Origin: Botryllus schlosseri
Taxonomy: Eukaryota
Length of the DNA: 64,000 nt
Assembly (NCBI GenBank): GCA_051294905.1
Contig: CM119372.1
Location: 39,310,001 to 39,374,000 of the forward strand
Reading direction: 5' to 3'
Shown here: positions 1 through 10,896 of the stretch, in pieces
How the letters are laid out: every line of letters begins with the position of its first letter
Position numbering within the stretch: the first letter of the stretch is position 1
Position numbers and translations under genes: made by a program
Notes under the pieces: generated by a model
What the model saw: only the letters and a program-made list of their open reading frames with translations
What the model was told of the DNA's origin: nothing
Database searches by the model: none

Positions 1-469
1 ATGTACATAAAATAAGTTTTGACGCTTTGTGCACGAAATGAATAACTAAATATACTAGTATTTGAGAACTACAAAATTAAATCGTCAGAATATTTCTTCA
101 TCGTATCATAAAGGATGATACCACCTCGTGTTGTGGTTCACAGCCTCGCATGAACGTTATATAATATGAGTTGCTTTGTTTGGAATACATTCATGTTAAA
201 ATTAATAACTGGGTACAATACTAAATTCAATGTGAGCAGATATATGCATCCAATTCTCACTTGACTTACTTATAGTTACACAAAGCACTAAGACAAAATC
301 AAATACCATTCATTTCCCCGTATTGCCAATCGCCGATGTGAATTCAGGAGTGCTCGAACCACAGGGTGTTTGGCCATACCCGATTGTTGATATAACAACC
401 TTGATTTGACCCTGAATATACACTTCACAATTATTATATGGTTTATTATAGTCGAATGATCCTCTAGCG

Positions 470-1983
470 CATTGGTTCCCAACCTGTGGTACGCGTACCA
501 CTAGTGGTACGCGAAGGTCTTCCAGGTGGTACGCGAGTAGATTCTGTTTTTTTTTTCAACCGGAGGGAGTTATTAGATCGGGCGGCGTTGATTTTGTTTT
601 TTTTTGTAGCATCGCCTCCTCGTATTCGACGCTAGCTTCTCACGGTATTCCCCAGCTGGTAATTTTCCCTTCTACGTGGGAGTGCGAGGAAGGATTTTCA
701 TCCCTGATGACTAAGTCGAAGAAACGAAACCGACTTGTTGCGCCCATGTATGACTATTGATACGCTGTGAGTAAACGTATGCCACGCATCGCCCAACTAG
801 TGCAGGGGCGGCCAACCCGTGGCCAGCGGGTCAAATGTGGCTCGCGAGAGGATTCTCGGAATTAGTTATAATATGAAATAACAAATTACTCTGGTAATTT
901 ACTGTGAACTTCCAAGACCAACCAGAAACTTGATTAGTCTGACCCAAGAATCTGGGAGGTTGATGACTTAAATACCAGTTCCGTCCGACGCATTGGCGTA
1001 GGCAGGAGCCAGCAACATTTTTCGTAGATCTCCCAATATGACCATAAAGTAGAATATTTCGTTGTAGATTTATTTGGCTTGACATTTTTCTTAGCACTTC
1101 GCGCGATTTATTGTCACTCAATTTTTAGCTTTTTGTAGTCCTTCCTGAATATAAAATTACGCCCAATCTACTTAATCGACTATATTGGCAATTATGAGAG
1201 AATGTGCTGTCCAACATCCGACTTCGCGTCTGCACTAGCAGAGATGATGATGGAGATGAAGATGATCGGCGATGAAACTTTGGCACAAAATGACAGACGC
1301 ATGTCCACCGAAATCATCGATATTAATAGGTCCGAATAATCCTGTGATCGCCAAGTGATTACAGTGGTATACAGAGGTGGCCCGCAATATATGAAAGTGA
1401 CATTAGTATTGGCCGAACCCATTCACCAACTTTAAAAAATTTTCGCGCTTGGCGCGGTTAAGTCACCAGAGCACTATGCACACTGACATTTCATGGCATA
1501 ATTGTTATCGATTTTGATGCGTAGTAATAGAAATTTTGTTTTCATCATTACCTAAGCCGGTTCGCTCCTATCGGGTGGCTAAAAATAGGTCATCGACATT
1601 TAAGTTGTCTGAAAAGGGTTACAGACGTCATGTGGCCCTTTGTTCGAAAAGATTGGCCGCCCCTGAGCTAGTGGAAAATAAACAAATGCAGCCATCGCAT
1701 TAAATAAATTGACTTTTGGTGTTTGCTGTTAATTCATTGTGTTGTTCTTCTTGTGACTGGTGGTGAAAAGACAATTCCATGCATCCCATCAGCCGTGACT
1801 GGTAATGCGTATAGTTTAATAGAATTTGTTATTACACCTCGCATAGGTCAAATACGTACTTATGACGTCATAAATGGTGGAAACATTTTTGACTGCCTTC
1901 GGCGCGCGAAACTTGTAGGTGGTACGCCAGCACTGCATGTACCTCGAAATGGTACGTGGGTGGGAAAAGGTTGGGAACCACTG
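470..1983. mobile_element. non-autonomous hAT MITE
   Basis: Termini CA(T)TGGTTCCCAAC / GTTGGGAACCACTG; perfect 8-bp TSD CTCTAGCG at 462-469 and 1984-1991. Confidence 0.85.
803..1665. mobile_element. hAT MITE nested in 470-1983
   Basis: Termini CAGGGGCGGCCAA / TTGGCCGCCCCTG; TSD AACTAGTG/AGCTAGTG (7/8); related to 27630-28311. Confidence 0.8.
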
Positions 1984-4227
1984 CTCTAGCGTGATTAAAG
2001 CGTGCAATATTTCCAATACCAAAGTCCCAAAAAGACCGACTGAACTTTGACCTCTTGCCAAGACCGAAACTGCGGCAACCCAAACCCCCAATCGGTTAGC
2101 TCGGAGGATCCCCTAAATTATTCCGGTGAATGAACATAAATTAAACATCATGTTTTTACGACTCGCCCACGAAAGAATACACATAATTATAGAAAATAGA
2201 AATAGGCATTTCGGCCTCGGCCATTACCACGCCACGATGCACGAAGACATATGAAGTTCCGGTGAACATGGGACTCCCAGAAATGAGTCACAAAGATCGT
2301 CAGAGAGAAAACCTTAGCTGAAGAGGATTGTCCTTATGTTGAGCTGGAACTTTGATGTATATAAGTCTATAATCGTCCGTAGGCGCTTAAATCGCTCGTG
2401 CTGCATTATCCTGTCGTCGCAATCTGCACCCCACAGGACAAATAACATCCATCAGAGAAAATTATTTGCCAGTGACGAAACACCAATTTTGAATCGTTTG
2501 CTTACTTTGGTTTAATACGTTTATGCCTCTCAATAACTTTTGACTAGATAGCGGACAAGAGGTAACAAAATAACATGTAACGACCTAATTGTACCAACGG
2601 GCATGCCCGAATATGTTCAATTATTAATTACGTGGCCTTCATTTTCCAATACAACTGCTCACTCAGCGCTACTGGTAAATCTGATTACGTGAGCTGAGAG
2701 GATAAAAAGTTTATAGAGACATATAGACGAAATTACAACCTATTTCATTCATGCATTATATAAAATTTTGGCTCCTAGGGCGACCAGGCCACATAAACTT
2801 TGCTGACCATCGAAATCGCTTGAGGAGGTTTTCGGGGGCCAAGTCCTCACGCTATGGGTGCCCAAGACAATCGTTTTTAAGGGGGCTGACGACGAAGGCC
2901 TGCCTTCCACTCATTGCCTTTATTACAGTCCTTACGATATGTGGTGGGGGGCGCTGGAGCACGATAATTTTTCAAAGGATGCGCTGGAGGAAAAAAGGTT
3001 AAGAACCACTTGCCTTAGAGAGATTATTGCTCGAAACCCATTTTGTTCGATGTAAAATAAAATTAATGCTTGAATAATACGCACTTCATCGTTTGTAATC
3101 ATCTATTATGTGTATTCATACCTTGTTGATTACTCGCCTTCTCGAATTTTCGCGCAATTTCACTTGCGAGCGTACAAGTTAACTCGTTACTCGCCCGATC
3201 CGTTGTACGTCGAATTACGTCCTCATTCATTTGGTGAAAGCTCATGGTGGGTTGCATAATGAAACTTGCATTTAAATTGGGTAGGGAACCGAGAAAGGTT
3301 TGGTAACACAGAACTGTACACTTTATACATCGTCTCTTCAATTTGAATTTAAATCTTAGATATAAAACTGTCTTATTCATTACTATTCATGTCTTAACGA
3401 ACTGTTCGTAAAATTATGTGGCATACCGGGACCGGCATTACACACGACCTGAAACTACGAAATTCGCAATTCGGCTAATGGTATCGCCTGTAACGAACCA
3501 TCGCGTGTCATCACAGATCACATGTATGTGTTTTGTGTCTTGTGACCTTACGCGGAACCACTGGTGTTCCTTGGAACACCGGTCAAGAACCACCTAACTA
3601 GATCTTTCTAAATGCGTATTTATTTTGTCAGATTTCTTGCTCGTAGAATGTTTACATTCCATTGGGCGTCTTCCCTTTTCATAAAAGTGTTTCGCTTCGT
3701 CGATGTTATCATTAAAGTAGCTCGGGTGTGCTCAATGTTTGGCTTGCGAAACATGCTAACTTCATCGATTTAAATTGATTTAATAGCAAGCCAAGTAATT
3801 GCAGAAATTGTGCAGAAGATGCCTTCGAACGTAAAAAACTGAATGATTTTTCTTGCAAAGGTGGTAAACCTTAGCAAAAATGTCAATAAATAATAAATAC
3901 TGAGAGATTTAAGGTGGGCGTTAAAGCCGAATGAAATGTTTAATGCTCCAGATCCAGAGTTGTTTCATACCAGTGCTCTGGCTCCGGTCAGTCATTATTC
4001 AGTACCATCGGTTGCTGCTCTGGACATTTGACTGTTATGATGTCAAATTTCCAGCGACTTCTTTAGTTAGAAAATGTGGCGACTAAAAGACGTGACGTCT
4101 TAATTTCATATAAGGTTGCTATGTTATTATATGAATTTATTCAATCAAACTATCATATAATCTAATGAAATACATTGGAATCGCAGCTAGTCAAAATAGC
4201 TGACTCCAGCTCCGGGGCTCTGTTCAT

Positions 4228-4959
4228 TAGGGATGGTATGAACCCCTGAAAGGTTCAGGTTGGTGTGAACGCGAACCTCTTTGAAAGGTTTTCTGTGAGC
4301 GCGAATGTGAACCTATGTCGTCAAGTGACGTCATATCGATAATTCCGACCCGTCATTTCAGTGAATTCATACTGAGCACGACACCTAGCGAGGACTCAGG
4401 CCACATTATGCAACAATGCTGAAGTGCATGCTGACATTTTCAACAATGTTTTTATGATACTGCAAACACATCAAATCAAAATGGATCCCGTACTTTTGCT
4501 AGATATTTTCTTACATTAGACAACTATGTATTCTTTATGTCAATTTCATTGATTGGTTGGAAAAGCATCATTCCCTGACTACACCTACATGTAGGTTAGT
4601 TCGTTCATGATGTTGTGGGATTGCAGGTCAAGTTCACAGCACAGAGTCACAGAATCTAAACAAACGGAAAGCTGAATATTTCAACGAAATTTTTAACAAA
4701 GCTTATAAAATTTTGGGACTGGCTAGGTGTATGGCTCATTTAATGTTGATTTATTTATGCCGTCAGCGTCATGCATACAGTGGTCTGATGTTGAAATGCA
4801 AAGAATTTTAATTGAAGATGTTGTAATGACGTGCAAAATTGTCATAAATGAGAAAAGTTCACGGTGCAGAACCTACTAAGGTTCGTTTTTGAACAGCCTC
4901 TAAATTTCTGAGGTTCACACACAGACGCGAACGTGACGCGAACGTTCACACCACCTCTA
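4228..4959. mobile_element. hAT MITE (TAGGGATGG family)
   Basis: Termini TAGGGATGGTATGAAC / GTTCACACCACCTCTA; TSD CTGTTCAT/CTGTTCAC; homologous to 25351-26298. Confidence 0.75.
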
Positions 4960-5022
4960 CTGTTCACTGCACAATGTGCTGCGTATAGCAACAATTGATG
5001 GACCTTTACCCTTGGTCTAGAT

Positions 5023-6603
5023 CAGCGGTTCTCAACCGCCGGTCCGCGAAGTCTTTTCTGCCGGTCCGCCAGGTATTTTAAAGAAATTTACCTTAATTTC
5101 AAGATGCAAAATATTGAAGGCTTGTTAATTGATGAAATAAATCAAACATCAACATCAACCTATTCAGAACTTCGTGAGGTAACATTAGGCCTGGAAGCAT
5201 GTTCGTTTTAACTTGAATTCAAGCCGCTTCCTTTGACGACATGCGAGCAACAAGTACGAGCTGATTCGCTAAACCGCGCAGTTTGCATAATCATTCGTTT
5301 TCGATTCATTCATTTTGTGAATAAACCCGTGTCGCTGTTGGAAGGTTTTTTGTGCGGCATATTGCATTCATAGTACGGCTGGTGGTAGTAGGAAATGAGC
5401 AAGGTAGCACGACAAGGTGCTTGGCCCAGTGTTGGGATCACGTCACAACCTTCGAATCATAAGTCAATTCGAGTCATTGCACAATCCGACTCGATTCAAG
5501 TCAAGTCACTCGATTTTTGAAGTTGACTCGAGACAAGTCAAGTCTAGTTCACGAGTCAAGTCACAAAGTCATGTCGAATTTTTGAAACACGATTCAACCA
5601 TTTCATTTTGCAAGATGATTGAAGTACAGATTGATTTCCTATGAATTATTAATTGAGTAACGAATATCGTGCTAATTATATATTCAGCTGGGCTTTGTAT
5701 GGATCACATACGTAGAACTATTAGGCCACTTCGGTAACTGCCCGCCAAATAGATGACACAATATGAAATCTCAGAAGTTGAAATAAATTGATATGATCCA
5801 ATCCACAATTCGCGCATATGTATAATACATTCGATACAATTGAAGCCTGTACCAATTGCTGACGCGTAATATAAACGTCGATTTAAATTATACAAGAGGT
5901 TCGTTAAGAATGAACAGAATGACACTGCTACAGATAGAATAGTACTATTCTACGGCATCACCACGTTTGCCGTCAATTTATTTGTGACTTGTTGACGGAG
6001 GATGACTAAAACCATGCAGGTTGCTCAATCGTTGAATGACTGGTTACTCAACATATCATATTAGGGTGCCGAGTGCATGTACAATGTACATTGTACATCA
6101 TATGTACAGGTACAGGTACCTACAGCGATTTAGTCGACACCGATTATTTCATGACTTGAAATTCACTCGAAAATTTGGCTTCGAGTCACGAGTAAATTCA
6201 CATTCTTGAGACGCCGAGTCATGTCAGGTCCTTTTTCCAAGGTGACTCGAGGTAGCCCAACACTGGCTTGGTCCAACTCCGAAATGCTTCTTCTATAGAT
6301 ATTGTCGAAGAGAAGAATATTATTCGAGTTGGCGTAGTCGGTTATTCCCTAATCGACGACCAACGTCGCGAAAGACTATGATCGAATTTTACCTCGACTA
6401 CGCAAACTATAACTACAGTAATATCACATGAATACTATCATGAACAAAACCCTCAAAATTTCACTCTCTAGTACCATAAGTGCAAAAAAACGGTTTCAAA
6501 CTCTCTATTTTGAATTGATGTCAATTTTTGAAGGTCCACCGGTCCGCCAAATATTTTTTGAAATTTTACCGGTCCGCGGGGTGTAAAGGGTTGAGAACCA
6601 CTG
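5023..6603. mobile_element. hAT MITE
   Basis: Termini CAGCGGTTCTCAACC / GGTTGAGAACCACTG; perfect TSD GTCTAGAT at 5015-5022 and 6604-6611. Confidence 0.85.
5427..6265. mobile_element. hAT MITE with GACTCGAGTC-type subterminal repeats, nested in 5023-6603
   Basis: Termini CAGTGTTGGG / CCCAACACTG; TSD GCTTGGCC/GCTTGGTC; opposite-orientation relative of 26453-29040. Confidence 0.8.
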
Positions 6604-7307
6604 GTCTAGATTACATCAAGTCGACTCTAATACGTTGCGATATGATTGAGTCACGTAAAATTTCTTGTCTTATCTCTTTATCTGCAGTCATATCACATTT
6701 TCAAAACAGTCATATCTGACTCGTTGGCTATGCGTTCCAGATCCGTGCTCGAGGCCCGGTGGGTGGGCCCGACTCCAAGTCGTTTGGACACCCTCCTATC
6801 CTTTCATTATATCGAAATTTTGTTGTGCTTTCATCTGACAAAAATTTCGATAATTGACCGATTGACTTTTAAATAATTCCAAATGCATGCCATTCATGAT
6901 AGCAATGTAATAACTGAAAGTTAAGGGGACGTGACGCCAGATTTTATTACGAGATAACAGAAGTTTATGTTACGAGATAACACAAGTTTATGATTTTATT
7001 ACTAAGTTGTTTCCTACGTTGAATGAGTAATATTAGGCGCGGTGCATGCAGACGCGCATACTTCGAATTTAGTCATCAATGTGTAAAAGGCAAAATGAGT
7101 TATCAATTCCTAGGTCTATAGCAGGGGTGGGCAACATACGGCCCGCGAAGGGATTTTGTCCAGCCCGCGGACAGTTTTCCGTCTTACATGATAATGTGGC
7201 CCGCGGCCCCAGTCTGTCGAGATTCCCCACCACTTGCTTATATGAAGAGCTTCTTGGAGGTACAGAACTTCAATATACAATTGAATAGTATATTCATATT
7301 GAAATGA

Positions 7308-7341
7308 ACCCGAATATTTTCGGCTGACACTCGTCAGTGGT
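7308..7341 (-). ncRNA. minimal type I hammerhead ribozyme motif (inverted pLTR copy)
   Basis: Minus strand reads acca-CTGACGA-gtgtcagcc-GAAA-atat-TC-gggt; palindromic stem III AATATT. Confidence 0.7.
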
Positions 7342-7793
7342 AATCGTCAGCAACTAGTAGAGAATTGGAAAGAACATTGTATATCAACAATCGTATCGCA
7401 AAATATGACGTCACCAGCATGAAATTTCGAATGAGAGAGCGTTCAATGTACTATTTTTAGGTGGTACACGAACTCCTTTTGTTGACAGAGTTTTGGTTGG
7501 TGTATTTTGATAAAAGTTGATTCCAAGGCACACAAATGGATTTGTGAACGGTCTCGCCCTACGATTCGAAATCGGTCGTCTCGATAATTATTCGCACAAA
7601 TCGGATTATCCAACAGATGTTTGCCGATGGCAGAATTAATGGCCTTTGATCGATCAGCATCAATCTTAAGTGGATGAGTTAAGGGTGAGCTTTTCACATC
7701 GCGTGACGCACGTGTTCCGATAAATCTGGGGACATGTTGGTTTATGCGGTCCTGCAGACGTCTTGACGTTCTTCCCACGTAGCCACAATCACA

Positions 7794-8428
7794 TGGAGAG
7801 GAAATGCCGCGGCATGGAGAGGAAATTTACGCAATTCAACGCAGAAAAACGAACAGAGCCCACCGCACGAACAATAAAAGATGTTTATATCCATCTACCT
7901 TGGATTGGCCCCATTTCCACCCGCTTTGAAAAACAATTGATTTCTGCTGTCGGTAAATGTTACGACACAGTCAAAACCAATGTGATTTTTACAACAACAC
8001 AACTGCTCCCTTCAACACGCAAAGACGTGCTTCCTGCACTTCAACAAAGTAATGTAGTGTACGAATATAGGTGCCACTGTGATTGTGGCTACGTGGGGAG
8101 AACGTCAAGACGTCTGCAGGACCGCATAAACCAACATGTCCCCAGATTTATCAGAACACGTGCGTCACGCGATGTGAAAAGCTCACCCTTAACTCATCCA
8201 CCTAAGATTGATGCTGATCGATCAAAGGCCATTAATTCTGCCATCGGCAAGCATCTGTTGGATAATCCGATTTGTGCGAATAATTATCGAGACGACCGAT
8301 TTCGAATCGTAGGGCGAGGCCGTTCACAATTCCATTTGTGTGCCTTGGAATCAACTTTTATCAAAATACACCAACCAAAACTCTGTCAACAAAAGGAGTT
8401 CGTGTACCACCTAAAAATAGTACATTGA
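7794..8428 (+). CDS. Penelope-like ORF C-terminus (linker + GIY-YIG endonuclease), 5'-truncated
   Basis: IHLPWIGPIS; NVVYEYRCHCDCGYVGRTSRRLQDRINQH; SAIGKHL; LESTFI..QPKLCQQ match the PLE GIY-YIG pattern. Confidence 0.85.
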
Positions 8429-8529
8429 ACGCTCTCTCATTCGAAATTTCATGCTGGTGACGTCATATTTTGCGATACGATTGTTGATATACAATGTTCT
8501 TTCCAATTCTCTACTAGTTGCTGACGATT

Positions 8530-8563
8530 ACCCCTGACGAGTGTCAGCCGAAAATATTCGAGT
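8530..8563 (+). ncRNA. minimal type I hammerhead ribozyme motif (3' pLTR)
   Basis: accc-CTGACGA-gtgtcagcc-GAAA-atat-TC-gagt: conserved core boxes, UUC cleavage triplet, palindromic stem III. Confidence 0.7.
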
Positions 8564-9117
8564 TCATTTCAATATGAATATACTATTCAATTGTACTTGC
8601 TTATACGTCAAATTTTAGTGACTGTATGTAATTATATACGCGTATGCGCAGCGTGCGAGAGTGGAGCTTACGCGTTAGTTCGTCGAAGCGAGAAGACTTG
8701 CGTTATCGGCATTTACGATATACTCAACCCTAATGCCGTTTGTGGTAATCATGGTGTTTGTCGAATACAGTGGTCATTTCCGCCAGGCTGGTACTTCTTA
8801 TTTTTGATTCCGTAACCGCCAACTTGTAGCACGGCATACTTCTAGGCTTTTGAAAGACACCGCTTATGCCAGGGGTCGCCAACTCAAAACGGGTCGCGGG
8901 CCACTTTTCAAATTTCGTAGAGGACGCGGGCCGCATGAATCCAATATTGAGATTAACTAGGCCTCACAGTTGAACAACGACGCTATCTCGTCACCTACTC
9001 AACCCTAATGAATTGAAATCTTGGTAAATTTGGGTTTCCGGGCTTATCGGACGCCTTGAAATCCTAATTAAGGATTGCACCGTGTGTTGATTGATCAGAT
9101 AGAAGCAGACATGGCGG

Positions 9118-9357
9118 TGTGATAGCCCACCCGTTGGGGGTGTATGTGATAATTGTTTGTTACTATTGTGATGGTACTGTTATTTCTAGGGCCGCCAAGT
9201 GTCTAGCACCGACTACGTGAAATGGACACTTGGTGGACCCATGATAATGCATGCGCCCCTTCTTGTCTGAACTGGCTGCCGTGAGGACGCAGAAATAAAG
9301 CTGTCTAAAACCTATTGTGAATCTCTTTACATCGACTGTATTAGGAGGTCTTCCACA
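9118..9357 (+). repeat. Gypsy 5' LTR
   Basis: TGT...ACA, 240 bp, contains AATAAA; 4 substitutions versus the 3' LTR by eye. Confidence 0.95.
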
Positions 9358-10842
9358 ATGGCGAGCACGCCAAATAACAATGTCGATGCGATATCGCAGT
9401 CCGCGGAGTGTTTTCTGGAGACACGCAACAGATTCCTAGTACTTGACACGATTTCGGATTCGGATGATGACTCTGCTGTTACCAGTACCGGTGTGGATGG
9501 AAAAGTCAAAGAAAGCTTGGCGAGATTGGACAAAATTATGGAAGGTATTCCGCGGAATATGGCATACGAAGCGAAGCGTCAGGCTGCGGAATTGATGAAT
9601 TCGGTCAATGGGGATATAGCTGCTCTCCACTCGCAAGTTCGGGGATTTGAAGAGAAGTTGCAGCTGATGAACAGCGGATTTGAAGAGAAGTTCCTGTTGA
9701 TGAGCAGTGGCATGGGTGACATAAAAGGTATGTTGGCTTCTGTGGTGAACTCGCCTAAGGTTGATGCCGACAGCAATGGGGAATTAGGTTGTGATCCTGT
9801 AAGTAGGCCCAAGGTTGGATTTGTGATAGATTCTTGTGGAGATGAGACAGCATTTGTCCCTCCTTGTAATGGTGCTCAAAGTAGTCCTAAAATGACGAAT
9901 GTGGGACCGTTCCATTATGGTGCGTCTGATTATGTTAAAATGGCCCCCGACACATTTGATGGTGCTAGTGGTACTTCTCTGGAGGAATACCTCTGTCATT
10001 TTGAATTTACTGCTTTGTGTAACGAGTGGAACAATGAACGTAGGGGTTGCTATTTGGGTGCTAGTTTGCGTGGCCGAGCTTTGTCTGTTGCGTGTGAGTT
10101 ATCAGCTGATGTTCGTGTGCAGTATGTGCGCCTCGTTGAACATTTGAGAAAAAGGTGTAAAACTAGTTCTCATGGCTCACTGGTTTATCGTAATTCCTTC
10201 ACTACTAGAAAGAACTTGCCAGGGGAGTCACCCACAGCTTTTGCTGCGGCCCTGCGAAGTTTAGCCCATAAGGCATATCCTCAAATGTCTGACCAAGTTT
10301 GTGAGCAGATGGTAATTCAGCAGTTTTGCCATGGTTTCTCAGACCCCCATGTGTGTGCTTTACTTAGCTTGCAGGATTCGAGCAATTTGGGCGACCTGAT
10401 TAAAGTCGCAGAGGTTTACGAAGGCGCTTTTTCGAGTAAAGTAGACCAGGGCAAGGTGGCCAAGTCTTTGATTAAAACTGGTGATGGTTATGACTCTGAT
10501 CGAAATTGTACGTCCAGTAGTGGAGTGTGTTCTGGTGTTTCAGATCTTCGCAAAGACTTGGAAACTTTGTCTTTGGAGGTTAAAAAACTGGTGAAATCAA
10601 TGGAATCTGCCCCAGTTAGGTATTCAAAACCAGAACGTCGTGTAATGTCGAAATGCTATCGGTGCGGTGATCCGTCTCATTTGATACGTAATTGCCCGGT
10701 TCCTGTTTGCGCAAGGTGCCGTGGGGCTGGTCATGTGGCCGAGCAATGTCAATTCCAGTATCCTGCTCCGAACCAGATGTATGGCCCTGTGTTTAATCAA
10801 AATGTGCCTGCTCAACCGACCCATCAAGCTTTAAACCGATAG
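9358..10842 (+). CDS. gag: Gypsy Gag with two CCHC zinc knuckles
   Basis: 494-aa ORF; capsid-like APDTFDG...EEYLCHFE...LRGRA; CYRCGDPSHLIRNC and CARCRGAGHVAEQC. Confidence 0.93.
   Translation: MASTPNNNVDAISQSAECFLETRNRFLVLDTISDSDDDSAVTSTGVDGKVKESLARLDKIMEGIPRNMAYEAKRQAAELMNSVNGDIAALHSQVRGFEEKLQLMNSGFEEKFLLMSSGMGDIKGMLASVVNSPKVDADSNGELGCDPVSRPKVGFVIDSCGDETAFVPPCNGAQSSPKMTNVGPFHYGASDYVKMAPDTFDGASGTSLEEYLCHFEFTALCNEWNNERRGCYLGASLRGRALSVACELSADVRVQYVRLVEHLRKRCKTSSHGSLVYRNSFTTRKNLPGESPTAFAAALRSLAHKAYPQMSDQVCEQMVIQQFCHGFSDPHVCALLSLQDSSNLGDLIKVAEVYEGAFSSKVDQGKVAKSLIKTGDGYDSDRNCTSSSGVCSGVSDLRKDLETLSLEVKKLVKSMESAPVRYSKPERRVMSKCYRCGDPSHLIRNCPVPVCARCRGAGHVAEQCQFQYPAPNQMYGPVFNQNVPAQPTHQALNR
9359..9372 (+). 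promoter_or_regulatory. primer binding site (possibly tRNA-Arg type)
   Basis: TGGCGAGCACGCCA starts 1 nt after the LTR end; TGG is complementary to tRNA CCA. The tRNA identity is from recall and unverified. Confidence 0.7.
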
Positions 10843-10896
10843 TAGCGGATCATTGGTCCAGTGATACCGCGAATGAGACCAGTGCTATGGACCAAT
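10830..10896 (+). promoter_or_regulatory. -1 programmed ribosomal frameshift signal (gag-pol)
   Basis: T TTA AAC in gag phase at 10830-10836; 8-nt spacer; stem GCGGATCA/TGATACCGC (10845-10870); loop ATTGGTCCA complementary to TGGACCAAT (10888-10896); the -1 frame joins pol once the LINE is removed. Confidence 0.8.

Larger units (their letters stand above)
7243..8594 (+). mobile_element. 5'-truncated Penelope-like retroelement with inverted 3' arm (inverted pLTR)
   Basis: 7276-7793 is a near-identical reverse complement of ~8078-8595; 11-bp TSD ACTTGCTTATA at 7232-7242 and 8595-8605; GIY-YIG ORF. Confidence 0.9.

Noticed and set aside
7443..7778. Second GIY-YIG gene on the minus strand
   Set aside because: It is the inverted duplicate arm of the same Penelope insertion.
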